A DNA stretch of 64,000 nt from Rhodospirillum sp. UBA1311 (GCA_002307145.1 DBTR01000033.1:25299-89298); one strand, 5' to 3'; positions 40,846 to 51,072 are shown, counted from the stretch's first letter. Notes: generated from the sequence alone by a model not told the origin. Made by a program: numbers and translations.

Positions 40846-41307
40846 TCACCAGCCCATAGAGAAGCGATGGAAGGGAAGCCCGAACGGCCCATGCGGCTCC
40901 GGCGCATGGATCGTAAAACCGAGCCAGTCGAGCCACCGGAGCGCGCGGCGGTTGCGGGCGTCGACGTGGTTTTCGAGGTGCGGGTAGATCGTAAGAACCC
41001 GCGCCAGCCAGTCGCGGGAAACCTCCATCAGCGCCAGCGGGTGACGGTCGAGAATCTCCGCCCCGAGCAGCCATGGCACGCCGACGCCCGACGCCAGAGA
41101 GGCCGGCCCAACACCGAACACCGCCGCCGGTTCGCCGTCGATCCAGCCCGCCCAAACATGCGACGACAGCGCCACCGAGCGCACGATCGCGTCGAGGGGT
41201 TCGCGACGTCCGCTCGCCCAGACCTCGGCGCGGTCGCCCGCACGCAGGTGTGCGGCCACCCAACCGATGCTCACCGGCCCAACCGGTCCGACCAGCGCCC
41301 TAACCAC
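40846..41307 (-). CDS. T7 gp13-like protein (GNAT-like fold)
   Basis: LRAGDRAEVWA, GVPWLLG, LENHVDARN..ALRWLDWLGF. Confidence 0.75.
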   Translation of the reverse strand: MVRALVGPVGPVSIGWVAAHLRAGDRAEVWASGRREPLDAIVRSVALSSHVWAGWIDGEPAAVFGVGPASLASGVGVPWLLGAEILDRHPLALMEVSRDWLARVLTIYPHLENHVDARNRRALRWLDWLGFTIHAPEPHGPFGLPFHRFSMGW

Positions 41308-43366
41308 TCGACGCCTCGACGTCCGGCACTGCCGCGAGCAGTGCGAAGGGCAGCGGATCCTTCTGCCGGATCGCCACCTGCCCCCGCGTCGACCATCCCC
41401 CGAGCATCGACTGCCGATAGTCGCCGGTGAACGCCTCTTGCGGTGCGTCGGCGATCGGCTTCGGTTTGATCTCGATCAGCTTCTTGTCGTCGAGCGCGGG
41501 TCCGACCCAGCCGCCACGACTTTCTTCAAGCTTCAGCAGCACTGCGGGGATGGTTACGGCCTTGCCTTGCACCGTTCCGGTTCGGGTGTCGAAGTTCACC
41601 CCAAGGGTCATCAGGTCGGCGCTGATCGGCAGGCCGACCAGGACAACGGCGCCCTTGCGCGGCAACGTCACCAGCCCTTCGGCGCTCGCCGTCAACCCAC
41701 GCACCACGTTGCCGTCGACCAGCGCGACGACGTCGCACCCGGCCAGGTGCGGCACCGAAACCGCGCCGATCTCCTCGCCCTCGAAACGCAGCGCGCAATC
41801 GAGGAACCAGGCGTGCGCGATCGGCTTGGCGACGCGGCGCGCCAGGCGCTCGACGAAGCGGCGCGGCTGTCCGTTGACGGTACGGCGGACGACGAAATAG
41901 ACAGCATCCTCGTCGCCGTCGGGGATCGTGCAGACGCTCTCGAATTCGCCGTCGGTATCGTGGTGCGTCCAGGCAATCACCTGATGCTCGCGGAGGTAGG
42001 AGAGCGTCAGGAGCGCACCGTCGCTCATCACCGTCCAGATCACCGAATCCGGCTCCTCGGCGTAGGCCCATTCGCGGATCGTGCGGTTTTTGAACAGGTG
42101 GCTCGCAAGGACCGAGAGGTTGTTGCCGGTGTAGCCGTCGATTTCGAGGCTGTAGTTGAGATCCCAGACGGTGCGTCCACGCGCCTGGACGTAAAGCGCG
42201 GTCTCGCCGATCACCAGCGGCGGGACATGGCTCGATCCGCGATTGTTCATCCGCCGCGCCTTGACCGAGAGCGGCGAGATCGTGTCGCTGGAACCGCTCT
42301 TGCCGGTGACCTGCCAGACAGACCCAGCGGTGAGCGCGATCAGCGCGTTGAGGCTGATCAGGTGGCGGATCTCGTAAACCCGGCCCCGCCCGAGGTTGTA
42401 GGAATAGGCGTCGTCATCGGCCTGCGGGGTGGTGGTGAAGAAGTTCGCGTAAGCGCCGGTGCGGGAACCTTCGATCGCCTCGGGCTTGTTCGCGCCGCCG
42501 CCGTAGACCATCCGTTGATCGTGTTCGGCGAGGGACAGAGGATTGTTGCCGTCGGCGAACGGGAGCTTTTCCTTGGGCGGCGTGGTGGTGGTGTCGGCCT
42601 CGATATTGGTGTCGGTGAAGCTCGTCGTCTCGGTGCGACCGATCCAGCCATAGAGGCCGTTGTTCTCGCGATAGACGTCGTGGCCATCCGCCGCCGCGTT
42701 CGCCGGGATGGTAAGAGTAACCGTCGCGCTCGTGCTGTTCAGCACCGCCGAAACCACCGAGACCGGCTCCGACGGCAGGCTCTCCTCGCCAGTATCCTTG
42801 TCGGTCGCGGTGACCACGTATTTGTAGGTCTTGCTTCCCGAGGCCATTGCGGACGCGGTGACGCCGACCGGCGCGGCGATCGACGGAATGAAGTCTTCCA
42901 CCTCCCATTGCCAGTCGTGGTGATCGTGGCGGGTCAGCACCCGCGCCGCGTAGGCCCGATGGGTGAAGCGGATGCGGTCGCCGGACTGCTCGAACTTGAG
43001 CTTGGCGAGATCCATCGACGCAAAGGGGCTATCGACGACGACGACCTCGCCTTCCTGGGCATGCCCCTCGGGATAAAGCACCAGGGCGAAATCGCGGTAG
43101 ATCCTGAAGTGACCCTCGCCGAATTCGAGCGCATAGGCGTCGTCGTCGTTGAAAACGAACGGCAGCAGCCGCACCGCATGGGACTCATCGTGCGCCGGGG
43201 CGAGGAATTCAGTTCCTGGCCGGTTGGCCGCGCCGCCGGTGGCCCGGATGATGAAGTTTCGCGCGGTATGCAGTCCGACGGCCCAGCGGTTGAAGTCGAC
43301 GCGGGCGTGCATGTCGGGCCGGAGTTCCCCGGCGGCGAAACTCGGCTGGATCGTGCTGATCGGCAT
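41300..43366 (-). CDS. Tail tubular protein B (nozzle)
   Basis: QPSFAAGELRP, RLLPFVF, EQSGD, AWTHHDTDG; podovirus gene order. Confidence 0.88.
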   Translation of the reverse strand: MPISTIQPSFAAGELRPDMHARVDFNRWAVGLHTARNFIIRATGGAANRPGTEFLAPAHDESHAVRLLPFVFNDDDAYALEFGEGHFRIYRDFALVLYPEGHAQEGEVVVVDSPFASMDLAKLKFEQSGDRIRFTHRAYAARVLTRHDHHDWQWEVEDFIPSIAAPVGVTASAMASGSKTYKYVVTATDKDTGEESLPSEPVSVVSAVLNSTSATVTLTIPANAAADGHDVYRENNGLYGWIGRTETTSFTDTNIEADTTTTPPKEKLPFADGNNPLSLAEHDQRMVYGGGANKPEAIEGSRTGAYANFFTTTPQADDDAYSYNLGRGRVYEIRHLISLNALIALTAGSVWQVTGKSGSSDTISPLSVKARRMNNRGSSHVPPLVIGETALYVQARGRTVWDLNYSLEIDGYTGNNLSVLASHLFKNRTIREWAYAEEPDSVIWTVMSDGALLTLSYLREHQVIAWTHHDTDGEFESVCTIPDGDEDAVYFVVRRTVNGQPRRFVERLARRVAKPIAHAWFLDCALRFEGEEIGAVSVPHLAGCDVVALVDGNVVRGLTASAEGLVTLPRKGAVVLVGLPISADLMTLGVNFDTRTGTVQGKAVTIPAVLLKLEESRGGWVGPALDDKKLIEIKPKPIADAPQEAFTGDYRQSMLGGWSTRGQVAIRQKDPLPFALLAAVPDVEASSG

Positions 43367-43372
43367 CTGGGA

Positions 43373-43966
43373 TCACGCGATGAATTGGGTGTCGATGCCG
43401 ATGGCGGCGATCCATGACGGATCCTGCGCGTCCTCCGGCGTGCCTTCCGAGGCGTCGGCGGCCTTGGCGGCGGCGATGGCATTGAGGTACTGCGTCTGCG
43501 CGGCCTGGACCCAGCCGCGGTCGGCAGTGATCTCGGGCGAGACCGCCACCGCGAGCCGGAGACTGAAGGCGACGACGAACAGCGGATCGAACATTGCCGG
43601 GTCGGTCACCCGCCCGGTGAAGCAGAGCCAGCTTTCGGCCTGATCGGTGAGAATCAGGTTGCCCGCGCGCTCGAACGGCACCTTCGCTCCGCCCTTGACG
43701 TTGGGAAGGATCAGGCGCGCCAGAACGCAATCGGCGGGGCGCCCGAAGGCGTAGTCCCAATTCGGCGGCACCGCCCCGGCGGCGGGCGCAAGGGCGACGT
43801 ACTCGGTCGCGAAATTCCAGGGATGATCGCGCAAGGTGGCGTCGAGCTGTGCGTCGTAATAGGTGCGGCAGGCGATCGCCTCGACCGAATCCTCGTCGAT
43901 GTCGGCAATGCGCCCGCCACGGATCGCCGCGAGCGCCTGATTGCAGATACCGATCTTGGTCGCCAT
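43373..43966 (-). CDS. Tail tubular protein A (adaptor)
   Basis: ICNQAL, LRDHPWNFA, FDPLF...LA. Confidence 0.85.
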   Translation of the reverse strand: MATKIGICNQALAAIRGGRIADIDEDSVEAIACRTYYDAQLDATLRDHPWNFATEYVALAPAAGAVPPNWDYAFGRPADCVLARLILPNVKGGAKVPFERAGNLILTDQAESWLCFTGRVTDPAMFDPLFVVAFSLRLAVAVSPEITADRGWVQAAQTQYLNAIAAAKAADASEGTPEDAQDPSWIAAIGIDTQFIA

Positions 43967-43978
43967 GCCCGTCCCCTC

Positions 43979-44008
43979 AAAAAGAGATCGGGGGGCCGAA
44001 GCCCCCCG
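43979..44008 (-). terminator. Intrinsic terminator after head genes
   Basis: CGGGGGGC-TTCG-GCCCCCCG followed by ATCTCTTTTT on minus strand. Confidence 0.75.
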
Positions 44009-44011
44009 CGT

Positions 44012-44422
44012 TTACTTGGATTTGGCCGCCGGTTTCTGCGGTTCGGCGGTCTTCGTCTCGTCCGGGGGCGGGACCGTCGCCTTGGCGGCGGCAAGCTCCG
44101 CTTCCAGGTCGGCGATCCGCTGGTCCTTCGCCGCCGCATCGCGCGCGGCGTCGCCAGCGGCCTCCTTCATCTGCGACAAGGCATGCACGGTCTTGGCCTG
44201 AAGGTCGGCGAACTCCGCATCCTTGGCGGCGATCGCCGCTTCGTGTTCGTCGATGGCGACGAGGCGGCGCGGGTATGCCGCCGGCGTCGGCGGCTCCCAG
44301 TCGATGGGGTCCATCCACGACGGCGCGAAATCCGCCTCGTCGATGGTGAAGGTTTCGCCCTGCCGGGCGTGACTGCCGCCCGGAGCGATGCCGGGAGCCT
44401 TGGCGCGAACGGAGCGTTTCAA
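44012..44422 (-). CDS. Phage hypothetical protein (coiled coil)
   Basis: TTG start with GGAGG RBS; between capsid-associated genes. Confidence 0.7.
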   Translation of the reverse strand: MKRSVRAKAPGIAPGGSHARQGETFTIDEADFAPSWMDPIDWEPPTPAAYPRRLVAIDEHEAAIAAKDAEFADLQAKTVHALSQMKEAAGDAARDAAAKDQRIADLEAELAAAKATVPPPDETKTAEPQKPAAKSK

Positions 44423-44437
44423 CTGTATGCCCTCCGG

Positions 44438-44857
44438 TCAGCGCGGCAAGTAGACGGGCAGAATGTCGATCTTGCCCGTGGCCGCCGCGTCGGTGGTGCT
44501 GATCACCGCCTTGATCTCGTCCTTCACCGTGCTCGGGAGGGCGAAGCGGGCGAGTTCCTTGCCCTTGGCGAGCGCGCCGCTGCCCGCCGCCGCAGTGATC
44601 GTGTAGATCGTCGCGAGGTCCACGAAGGCGTCGGCGCCGTCGCGGTGCTGGAGCTTCACCGTCAGCGCCTTGGTGTCGGCGATGCCGATCGCGGCGTTCA
44701 CCCGCACCAGCAGTTCGAGCGCGCCCATGGCGCCGCCGACCTTGAGCGGACCTTCGTTACCGTCGGCGGAAGTGTTCAGCGGCAGGGCCTGCGCATTAGC
44801 GAGGCTCTGGCCGTAGACCTGCATGACGTGCGGCAGGCCGTCGTCTTTCTTGTACAT
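44438..44857 (-). CDS. Capsid cement/decoration protein (Bbp16-like)
   Basis: Beta-rich 139 aa directly after the major capsid gene, as in BPP-1. Confidence 0.65.
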   Translation of the reverse strand: MYKKDDGLPHVMQVYGQSLANAQALPLNTSADGNEGPLKVGGAMGALELLVRVNAAIGIADTKALTVKLQHRDGADAFVDLATIYTITAAAGSGALAKGKELARFALPSTVKDEIKAVISTTDAAATGKIDILPVYLPR

Positions 44858-44891
44858 CTCGTGATCTCCTGCGAAGGGAACGTCAGAGGGA

Positions 44892-44911
44892 GCGGCGGCC
44901 GGAGCCGCCGC
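44892..44911 (-). terminator. GC hairpin after major capsid gene
   Basis: GCGGCGGC-N4-GCCGCCGC with a weak U tract. Confidence 0.45.
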
Positions 44912-44916
44912 CGGGA

Positions 44917-45861
44917 TCAGGCCAGCGCCACGTTGGCTTCGGTGCCGTCGTAGAGGTTGTAGGAGGTGAGGAAGGGCACACCGCCCCAGCTTTCCAGAGC
45001 GCGGTCGATGACCTTGTCGGCCGGGCGCATCTGCACCCGGTCGTCCTTGAAGGCGCGGCAGAGCGCGCCCTTGAGGCGGGTGTGCATCATCAGCACGGTG
45101 CGACCGCTGTCGGTGGCGCGGATGTCGGCGAGCAGGTCGTCGATCTGCATCGCGGTCGGCAGCTTGGCATTGGCCGGATCGATGTTGACGATCGCGCCGA
45201 CGTTGCGCACGCCGGTGATCATGAAGCCGAGGTCGGTCTTCATCCGGACGCCGTAGCCCACCACGCCGGCGGCGTTGATCTTGTAGAGCGCGCCGCCGTT
45301 CAACGCTTCGGTGTCGAACATCACGCCGTTGCCGAAGCCCTTCGGGTTGTAGAGACCGGAGCAGACACCTTCCTCGAACCGCACCGCGATGATCGAGTAG
45401 TTGGCGTTGCCGGAGCCCGCCGCCGAGTACATCGTCTTGGTGGTCTTGCCCGCGAGGAACTGGTCGAGGGCGTACTGGCGCAGGTTGTTGTAGGCGATCA
45501 CCCGTTCGGTGTTCATGCCGGTGACCTTCAGCACCGGGCCAGTCTTGTCGGCGAAGTACTTTTCCTTGCCGCCGTACTGGCGCGCCTTGTCCTCGGCAAC
45601 CTCCATCATCCCGCCCATCTTGGCGAGGTCGAACTTGATCAGGGCGGTGTCGGACGCGACGGACGGCAGGGGCGCGTCCATCGAGACGAAGCTCATCGCG
45701 TCCGCCGACACCAGCTTTTCAGCCATGTGCCACATGTCGTGGGTCGCGGCCGAAAACGGGATGGTGTCGAGGATCGGCGCCTCCTCGGTGAGGTGGTCGA
45801 TCTGCTTGGGCTGCTTCTTGCTCTTGTCGAGAGCGATCGTGCGCAGCGTGTCGAGAGCCAT
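44917..45861 (-). CDS. Major capsid protein
   Basis: 314 aa after scaffold, strong AGGAGG RBS, strongly biased codon use, C-terminal WGGVPF...TEANV. Confidence 0.85.
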   Translation of the reverse strand: MALDTLRTIALDKSKKQPKQIDHLTEEAPILDTIPFSAATHDMWHMAEKLVSADAMSFVSMDAPLPSVASDTALIKFDLAKMGGMMEVAEDKARQYGGKEKYFADKTGPVLKVTGMNTERVIAYNNLRQYALDQFLAGKTTKTMYSAAGSGNANYSIIAVRFEEGVCSGLYNPKGFGNGVMFDTEALNGGALYKINAAGVVGYGVRMKTDLGFMITGVRNVGAIVNIDPANAKLPTAMQIDDLLADIRATDSGRTVLMMHTRLKGALCRAFKDDRVQMRPADKVIDRALESWGGVPFLTSYNLYDGTEANVALA

Positions 45862-45876
45862 TCGGGGGTCCTCCTG

Positions 45877-46659
45877 TTAGGTCTTGCTGGACTTGGCGAA
45901 CACTTCCGCCATGAAATCGGCTTCGGACATCGCAGTCGGGCTGCCGACGCCGTCGCCGGGGGCGATGCTGTCTTCGCCGGTCGCCAGGGCGGCACGGTGC
46001 AGCATGCGGATGATGGCGGGCGCATTGCCGATCCCGGCTTCGGACAGCAGCTTTTTCACCGCGCCGCCGGGGATCGGCTTGCCCGCGTTGGGGTGCCCTT
46101 CGGGGTAGACGACGGCGGGATCGGTGTCGCCGAAGCGCTCGATCACGCCGCGCACCGCCGCCGCGTTCCGGTCGAACGCCGCGCCGCCGAAACCCTTGTC
46201 GGCCTGCATTTCGGCGAGCCAGTCGGTGGCCTGCTTCTCGCGGCGGTCGGCAAGCTCCTGCTGGACCCGCACCACCTGACGCTGGACCGTCTCGGCGACG
46301 ATGTTGACGAGCTTCTGCGCCGTCTCCTGCGAGACCTTGTGCTCGCGCAGCAGGGGCGTCGCCGCCGCCATCGCGTCCGCGTCGAGATCGTCGAAACCTT
46401 CCGGCATGGTGAACTCGTACTCGGGCAGGTCGGCATCCGCCTCACCCTCGCCCTCTTTCGTGCCAGCCTCGGTATCGGCGTCGGCATTGGCATCCTTGGC
46501 GGCTTCGGCCTTATCGTCGGCCTTGGCACCGTCGTCCGCCCCCGTCTTAGCGGCGGCTTCCGGTTTCGCGGCTTCCGTCCCGGTCTGCCCATCGGCGGCA
46601 GCCGCCTCGGCCTCCGGGGTCGGGGTCGCGGCGGTTTCGGCGAGGATTTCAGGCGGCAT
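45877..46659 (-). CDS. Capsid scaffolding protein
   Basis: Acidic Ala/Glu-rich N-terminus, YEFTMPEG, GIGNAPAIIRMLH..GED. Confidence 0.8.
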   Translation of the reverse strand: MPPEILAETAATPTPEAEAAAADGQTGTEAAKPEAAAKTGADDGAKADDKAEAAKDANADADTEAGTKEGEGEADADLPEYEFTMPEGFDDLDADAMAAATPLLREHKVSQETAQKLVNIVAETVQRQVVRVQQELADRREKQATDWLAEMQADKGFGGAAFDRNAAAVRGVIERFGDTDPAVVYPEGHPNAGKPIPGGAVKKLLSEAGIGNAPAIIRMLHRAALATGEDSIAPGDGVGSPTAMSEADFMAEVFAKSSKT

Positions 46660-46921
46660 CGTAAATCTCCTTGAGGATCGGCGGCAGAGCGTCGGGCGCG
46701 ACGCGCTTGACCGCATCGAGAAGTTCGCGGCCGACCGCACGGCGGCCTTCGGTTCGTTCGTCGTAGCTCGGGCTCATCAGGCCGCAGTCGGCGATGTGCG
46801 CAGCGATCAGGCGCAGACCTTCCGGGGTCGAGACCACGACGGCGAGGTCGGCTGCGAACTGGCGCGGCCGTGCGGTCTCGGCGGCGCGTTCGGCGTCGAG
46901 CTGGTCGAAAGCGTTGCCCAT
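46649..46921 (-). CDS. Bbp19-like protein
   Basis: STPEGLRLI...EGRRAVG motif; between portal and scaffold. Confidence 0.7.
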   Translation of the reverse strand: MGNAFDQLDAERAAETARPRQFAADLAVVVSTPEGLRLIAAHIADCGLMSPSYDERTEGRRAVGRELLDAVKRVAPDALPPILKEIYDAA

Positions 46922-46924
46922 GGA

Positions 46925-48571
46925 TCACTGCACTCCGGCGATGCGGCCGAGAAGGTTTCCGCCATTGAGCGAGGTCTCGGACATCGCCCGCGCGCCTTCG
47001 ATCGCCTGGCTCGCCATCTGCATCTGCTGCGCCTGCTGTTGTTGCTTGGCGCGCGCGGCGCGGATCTTCGCGGCCTTGTCGTCGGAGACCACGACGCGCG
47101 AGTTGACGCCGATGATCCGGGCGTATTCGTCGGCCGCCTGATCGGCGTCGAACTTGTCGACCACCTGCGGACTGATCCCGGCGAGGTTGCCGATGAAGGT
47201 CGCCATCCGCTCGATCGCGGTCGCGTCGACCATCTTCTGCGCCTGCGCGAGCGGCGAGAGGTAGTCGATCGACACGTTCGCGCGTTGCAGCTCCGGCGGC
47301 GGCTCGGGATAGAGCCCGGCGCGGGCGATCATCGCGTCGCAGCGCCGCACCAGCGGCCCAAGGCATTCCGCGTGCTGGCGCTCGACCGTCGGGCCGACCA
47401 TCAGCAGCTTCTCTTCCTTGCGCTCGACGATCTCGCGCGCGGTCACCGGCTGGCCCATGTCGGACTGCGCCAGCATCAGGAACAGATCCTTGTAGAGGCC
47501 ACTGTCGATCCGGCGCTCGGTACGCTGGATTTCCGCCACCAGAGGCCCGATGTCCGAGGGCACCTGATAGAGCGCACGCCCCGCCTCCGGCGGACCGTCC
47601 ATGAAGAAGTTCTGCCCGGCGCTCGCCGGGGTGTTGGCGTAGACCTTCGCGCTCGACGGCATCGCCTTCGGCGGGTCCGCCATCTTCGGAATCAGGCGGT
47701 GTTTCTCGATCTCCATGCGCTGGAGCGAGATTCCGTCGTTGAGGGCGTCGTGTCCCGGACCTTCGCCGTAGGCGTCGAGGTCGAGCACGTCCCAGCGTGC
47801 GCCGATGATCGGGCATTCCTCGTAGCCCGAGACCTTGGCGATGGCGTCGGCCGTGGTGTCGACCTCCCACCACGCCGAACGAAAGGCTTTGCCCTTCCAG
47901 TCCGCGCGGCTGGGAATGCGCTCGTCGTTGGCCTCGATCACGTGGCAAACCGCGATCCGCTCCTCGGTGTCGGAGCGGTCGTAGGCACGGCGCACCGCGG
48001 GCGAGACGTTGGCGAGGCCGACGGTGCCGATCCACTGGTTCACCGTCATCGTGGTTTCGCGATAGAGCGTGCGGCAGATGTCGTCGCCGTCGGCGGCAAG
48101 GTAGAACTCGCCGGTCGGAATGACCCGCGCCCGAACGACGCTGTTGAAGTCGTTGTCGAGCACCATCACGCCGGTGCCGAACTGGCCTTCGTTGCGGTAG
48201 GTGGTATGCAGGCTGCGGTAGATGTTCGACTGCGCCAGCACCGACAGCAGGATCGCGGTTCGCTCGGTGAGGTGGTCGCGCACCGGCCCCCACTCCATCA
48301 GCTCCGGATCGTCGGTGATCATCCGCAGCCACGGCCGCGCCGGGGAGGAAAGCCCGGCGTGCATGCCGGAGCCCAACGTCCGCAGTGCGTACTTCGGCGA
48401 GCTGTTGAGCATCTTCACGTCGCGCTCATGCCCGGCGCTCGTGCGGAAGAACCGGCTCTTGCGCGGCTGGAGGTAGTCGCTGAGCAGCCGCCAGTCGTTC
48501 TCGTAGGGCGAGCGCGCAGTCTTCAGCGCGGCAAGACGACGCTCGAACGGGGCGCGGGCAAGCTCGGCCAT
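46925..48571 (-). CDS. Portal protein (head-to-tail connector)
   Basis: SPARPWL, YGEGPG, TAREIVERKEEK, YLSPLAQAQK. Confidence 0.92.
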   Translation of the reverse strand: MAELARAPFERRLAALKTARSPYENDWRLLSDYLQPRKSRFFRTSAGHERDVKMLNSSPKYALRTLGSGMHAGLSSPARPWLRMITDDPELMEWGPVRDHLTERTAILLSVLAQSNIYRSLHTTYRNEGQFGTGVMVLDNDFNSVVRARVIPTGEFYLAADGDDICRTLYRETTMTVNQWIGTVGLANVSPAVRRAYDRSDTEERIAVCHVIEANDERIPSRADWKGKAFRSAWWEVDTTADAIAKVSGYEECPIIGARWDVLDLDAYGEGPGHDALNDGISLQRMEIEKHRLIPKMADPPKAMPSSAKVYANTPASAGQNFFMDGPPEAGRALYQVPSDIGPLVAEIQRTERRIDSGLYKDLFLMLAQSDMGQPVTAREIVERKEEKLLMVGPTVERQHAECLGPLVRRCDAMIARAGLYPEPPPELQRANVSIDYLSPLAQAQKMVDATAIERMATFIGNLAGISPQVVDKFDADQAADEYARIIGVNSRVVVSDDKAAKIRAARAKQQQQAQQMQMASQAIEGARAMSETSLNGGNLLGRIAGVQ

Positions 48572-48575
48572 CGGC

Positions 48576-48794
48576 TCAGATCCCCAACACGGACTTGGTT
48601 TGCGTCGTCGCCGGGGTATTGGCGAGGCCGTAGTTGCCGGTGACGATATCGCCGGTACGCCCGGCCGCGAGCAGCGCTTGCTTGCGGCTGTCGTCGCGCG
48701 CTTGCTTCACCGCGACGTCGGTCTCCTTCGGCGTCTCCGGCGGCGCCTCAACCTCCGGAATCGTCGGGCTCTTGGGGGTGCTGAATACGCACAT
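48576..48794 (-). CDS. Small virion protein upstream of portal
   Basis: MCVFSTPKSP...TKSVLG pattern typical of podovirus pre-portal proteins; AGGAGG RBS. Confidence 0.7.
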   Translation of the reverse strand: MCVFSTPKSPTIPEVEAPPETPKETDVAVKQARDDSRKQALLAAGRTGDIVTGNYGLANTPATTQTKSVLGI

Positions 48795-49057
48795 CAGCGC
48801 GCCTCCTTGCGAAACGGAGGAAGGGTGCGGCCGAACAAGAAGTGCAGCGCGAGAAGGATGCGCTGCCGCCAGCCGTAGGTGGTGGGATTGAACAGCCAAG
48901 CTACGCGCAGCGCGTGGAAGGCCATCAGCCCGTCCGCCTGCGCCTCGGTGAGCCCGAGCCGATCGAACTCGGCGATCGCCTGTTCGGCGGCGGCGTCATC
49001 CCACTTCAGGCCCATCGCGGCGCAACGCCGCCTGGCCTCGGTCAATGCGTAGGGCAT
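48794..49057 (-). CDS. Phage hypothetical protein
   Basis: AGGAG RBS; stop overlaps the next start. Confidence 0.65.
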   Translation of the reverse strand: MPYALTEARRRCAAMGLKWDDAAAEQAIAEFDRLGLTEAQADGLMAFHALRVAWLFNPTTYGWRQRILLALHFLFGRTLPPFRKEAR

Positions 49058-49068
49058 GGTGATCTCCT

Positions 49069-50622
49069 TCAGGTCTTAAACCAGTCGGCGGTCGGATCGT
49101 CGCGCACCGGCGCGCCCTGGAAGGCGTCGCGCTTCGGCTCCGGCTTGCGGGCGTAAACCACCGCATCGCCGCGATCCGGCGAGCGACCGATCCGCTTCTC
49201 CAGGTCTTCCTTGCTCTCGATCAGGATGCCGCCGCTCGACAACCGCCAATGCGGGGCGGTGAGGTCGGCCAGCAGCTCTCGATCCGGAGGCAATGCGAGG
49301 TTGTCGCCGAGCGCCGGGTCGAGGGCTTCGCGCATCGACCACCAGAACTCGGCGCGCACATTGGCGAACGACAGCCGCCCCGAGCGATCCCGCCCATAGG
49401 ACTTCTCCGCCCCGCCGACGCCGACAACGTGGACCCGGTTGCCCTTCAAGTGGTCGTAGACGCTCGACCCGACGCCGACGACGTCGACGATGATCGGCGC
49501 TCCATCCCGCGCACGGCCCACCGCCAGCCCCGCGACCATCGGCCCGTTGGGCGTCGACGATCCGGGATAGGCGTCGAGGGGCGCGAACCAAGCGCCGTGC
49601 CGCGCCGCGAGAATGGTCTTGTCCCTGCCGCCGCGCGCCACGTCGACGCCGAGAGTATCCATCGGCCCGGGATTGAACCCCTGCTTCTCCAACCGTTGCC
49701 ACCGCGCCTGCGCCAACTTGACCCACTCGGTGGGGATCACCTGGAAGGCGTGATCCTGCTGCATCGCGGCGAAGTCGCCGTGACGGAAGGCGGAGCGCAG
49801 CGGTTCGGGCAGCATGTCCAGCGTCGCCTCGTAATCGCTCCCGGCGAGGAAGACGTTGTCCTCGACCCGCGCGGGGATGAAGGTCCGGCTCTTCGGCCTG
49901 AGCGACTTGCTGTTGTGCGTGATCGGCTCCGGGCCCGGAACCTCGGTGTCCTTGCCGTCGATGTTGACGAACCAGCGCAGCTCGCCGGGCTTGGCCGGGT
50001 TCGGGTGGTTGCGGTCGAGCCACGGCGCGAAGAAGTCGATGATCCACATCCCCTCCGCGTCGGTCGGCGGGTTGAACGCGAGGATCACGCGGCAGCGCTG
50101 CCCCGGCACCGTCGAGCGGTTCCAGGTCATCAGCATGCGGACTTGGCTTTCGAGAAAGTTCGCGGCCTCGTCGAAGCCGACCAAGTCGTAGGGGCGGCCC
50201 TGGTACTTCTTCCAGTCGCCGGGTTTCGAGGTTGCGCCGAAGCGGATGAACCGCGTCGGCGTCCGCACCTTCGCGCCGCCGGCGGTGATCGTCCGGCCGT
50301 GCAGCGTCCAAGTGCGGCGCTGGCGAGCGTAGCGCCCCGCCTCGCCGACGATTTCCGCCGATCGGTCTTCCAGGCCGTCGAGCTGCGTCCCTTCGCGGCG
50401 GTAGATGATCGCGCGGCGATGCCGGGTGGTGGCGGTGCCGAGCAGCAGGTCGGTCTTTCCCCCGCCCGCCGCGCCACCATAGCCGACGATATCGGCCTGA
50501 CTAAGCAGCGCCTCGATCTGCGGCAGGCTCGCCGGTTGCCACATCGGGTGATCCAGCAGCGCCGCCATCACCAGGCGCTGCTCCGGCGTCGAGGAGGCGA
50601 GCCAGTCGCGCAGTGCGCTCAT
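49069..50622 (-). CDS. Terminase large subunit
   Basis: YGGAAGGGKT, GFDEA, NPP, GVDVARGG.D, SPDRGDA. Confidence 0.93.
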   Translation of the reverse strand: MSALRDWLASSTPEQRLVMAALLDHPMWQPASLPQIEALLSQADIVGYGGAAGGGKTDLLLGTATTRHRRAIIYRREGTQLDGLEDRSAEIVGEAGRYARQRRTWTLHGRTITAGGAKVRTPTRFIRFGATSKPGDWKKYQGRPYDLVGFDEAANFLESQVRMLMTWNRSTVPGQRCRVILAFNPPTDAEGMWIIDFFAPWLDRNHPNPAKPGELRWFVNIDGKDTEVPGPEPITHNSKSLRPKSRTFIPARVEDNVFLAGSDYEATLDMLPEPLRSAFRHGDFAAMQQDHAFQVIPTEWVKLAQARWQRLEKQGFNPGPMDTLGVDVARGGRDKTILAARHGAWFAPLDAYPGSSTPNGPMVAGLAVGRARDGAPIIVDVVGVGSSVYDHLKGNRVHVVGVGGAEKSYGRDRSGRLSFANVRAEFWWSMREALDPALGDNLALPPDRELLADLTAPHWRLSSGGILIESKEDLEKRIGRSPDRGDAVVYARKPEPKRDAFQGAPVRDDPTADWFKT

Positions 50623-51058
50623 CCTCGGTCACCGCCTCCGATCCGTCCTCATTGCCGCTCAGATCCTCGTCGACATGCACGCCGTCGGCCGCCGCCTCGG
50701 CGAGAGCGAGACGGGTCCGCGCGAGATTCGCGGCTTGATTGGCGTTGCGTGCGAAGGCGACGTCGAGCGTCGCGTCGGCCACATTCCCAAGCGCCGCCTG
50801 GTGCGCCCGGAAGGCGCGCAGCTCGGCGAGGGCCTGGAGCGTCGCCAGGCGTTCCTTGGGATCGGTGGCGAGGAATTGCTTGTCTTCGGCGGTCAGCAGG
50901 ACCGACCACACCCCATGCTTGCGGGCGTTCTGGTTCCCTTTCGGCGCGCCGGGATTGGTGCCGCCATGCATCCGGCATCGCCCGTTGGGCATGGCCTTCC
51001 CGCGGCACGGCTTCCCCGAGCGCGTCTTCGCTCCGCAGATCGGCCGCTCCTCAGGCAC
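50501..51058 (-). CDS. Terminase small subunit (HGGxSTG-type)
   Basis: CGAKTRSGKPC...GRCRMHGG..GAPKGNQNARKHG; GTG start with GGAG RBS. Confidence 0.82.
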   Translation of the reverse strand: MPEERPICGAKTRSGKPCRGKAMPNGRCRMHGGTNPGAPKGNQNARKHGVWSVLLTAEDKQFLATDPKERLATLQALAELRAFRAHQAALGNVADATLDVAFARNANQAANLARTRLALAEAAADGVHVDEDLSGNEDGSEAVTEDERTARLARLLDAGAAPGDGGAAGSPDVATGEPAADRGAA

Positions 51059-51072
51059 ATCGATGGCTCCAG

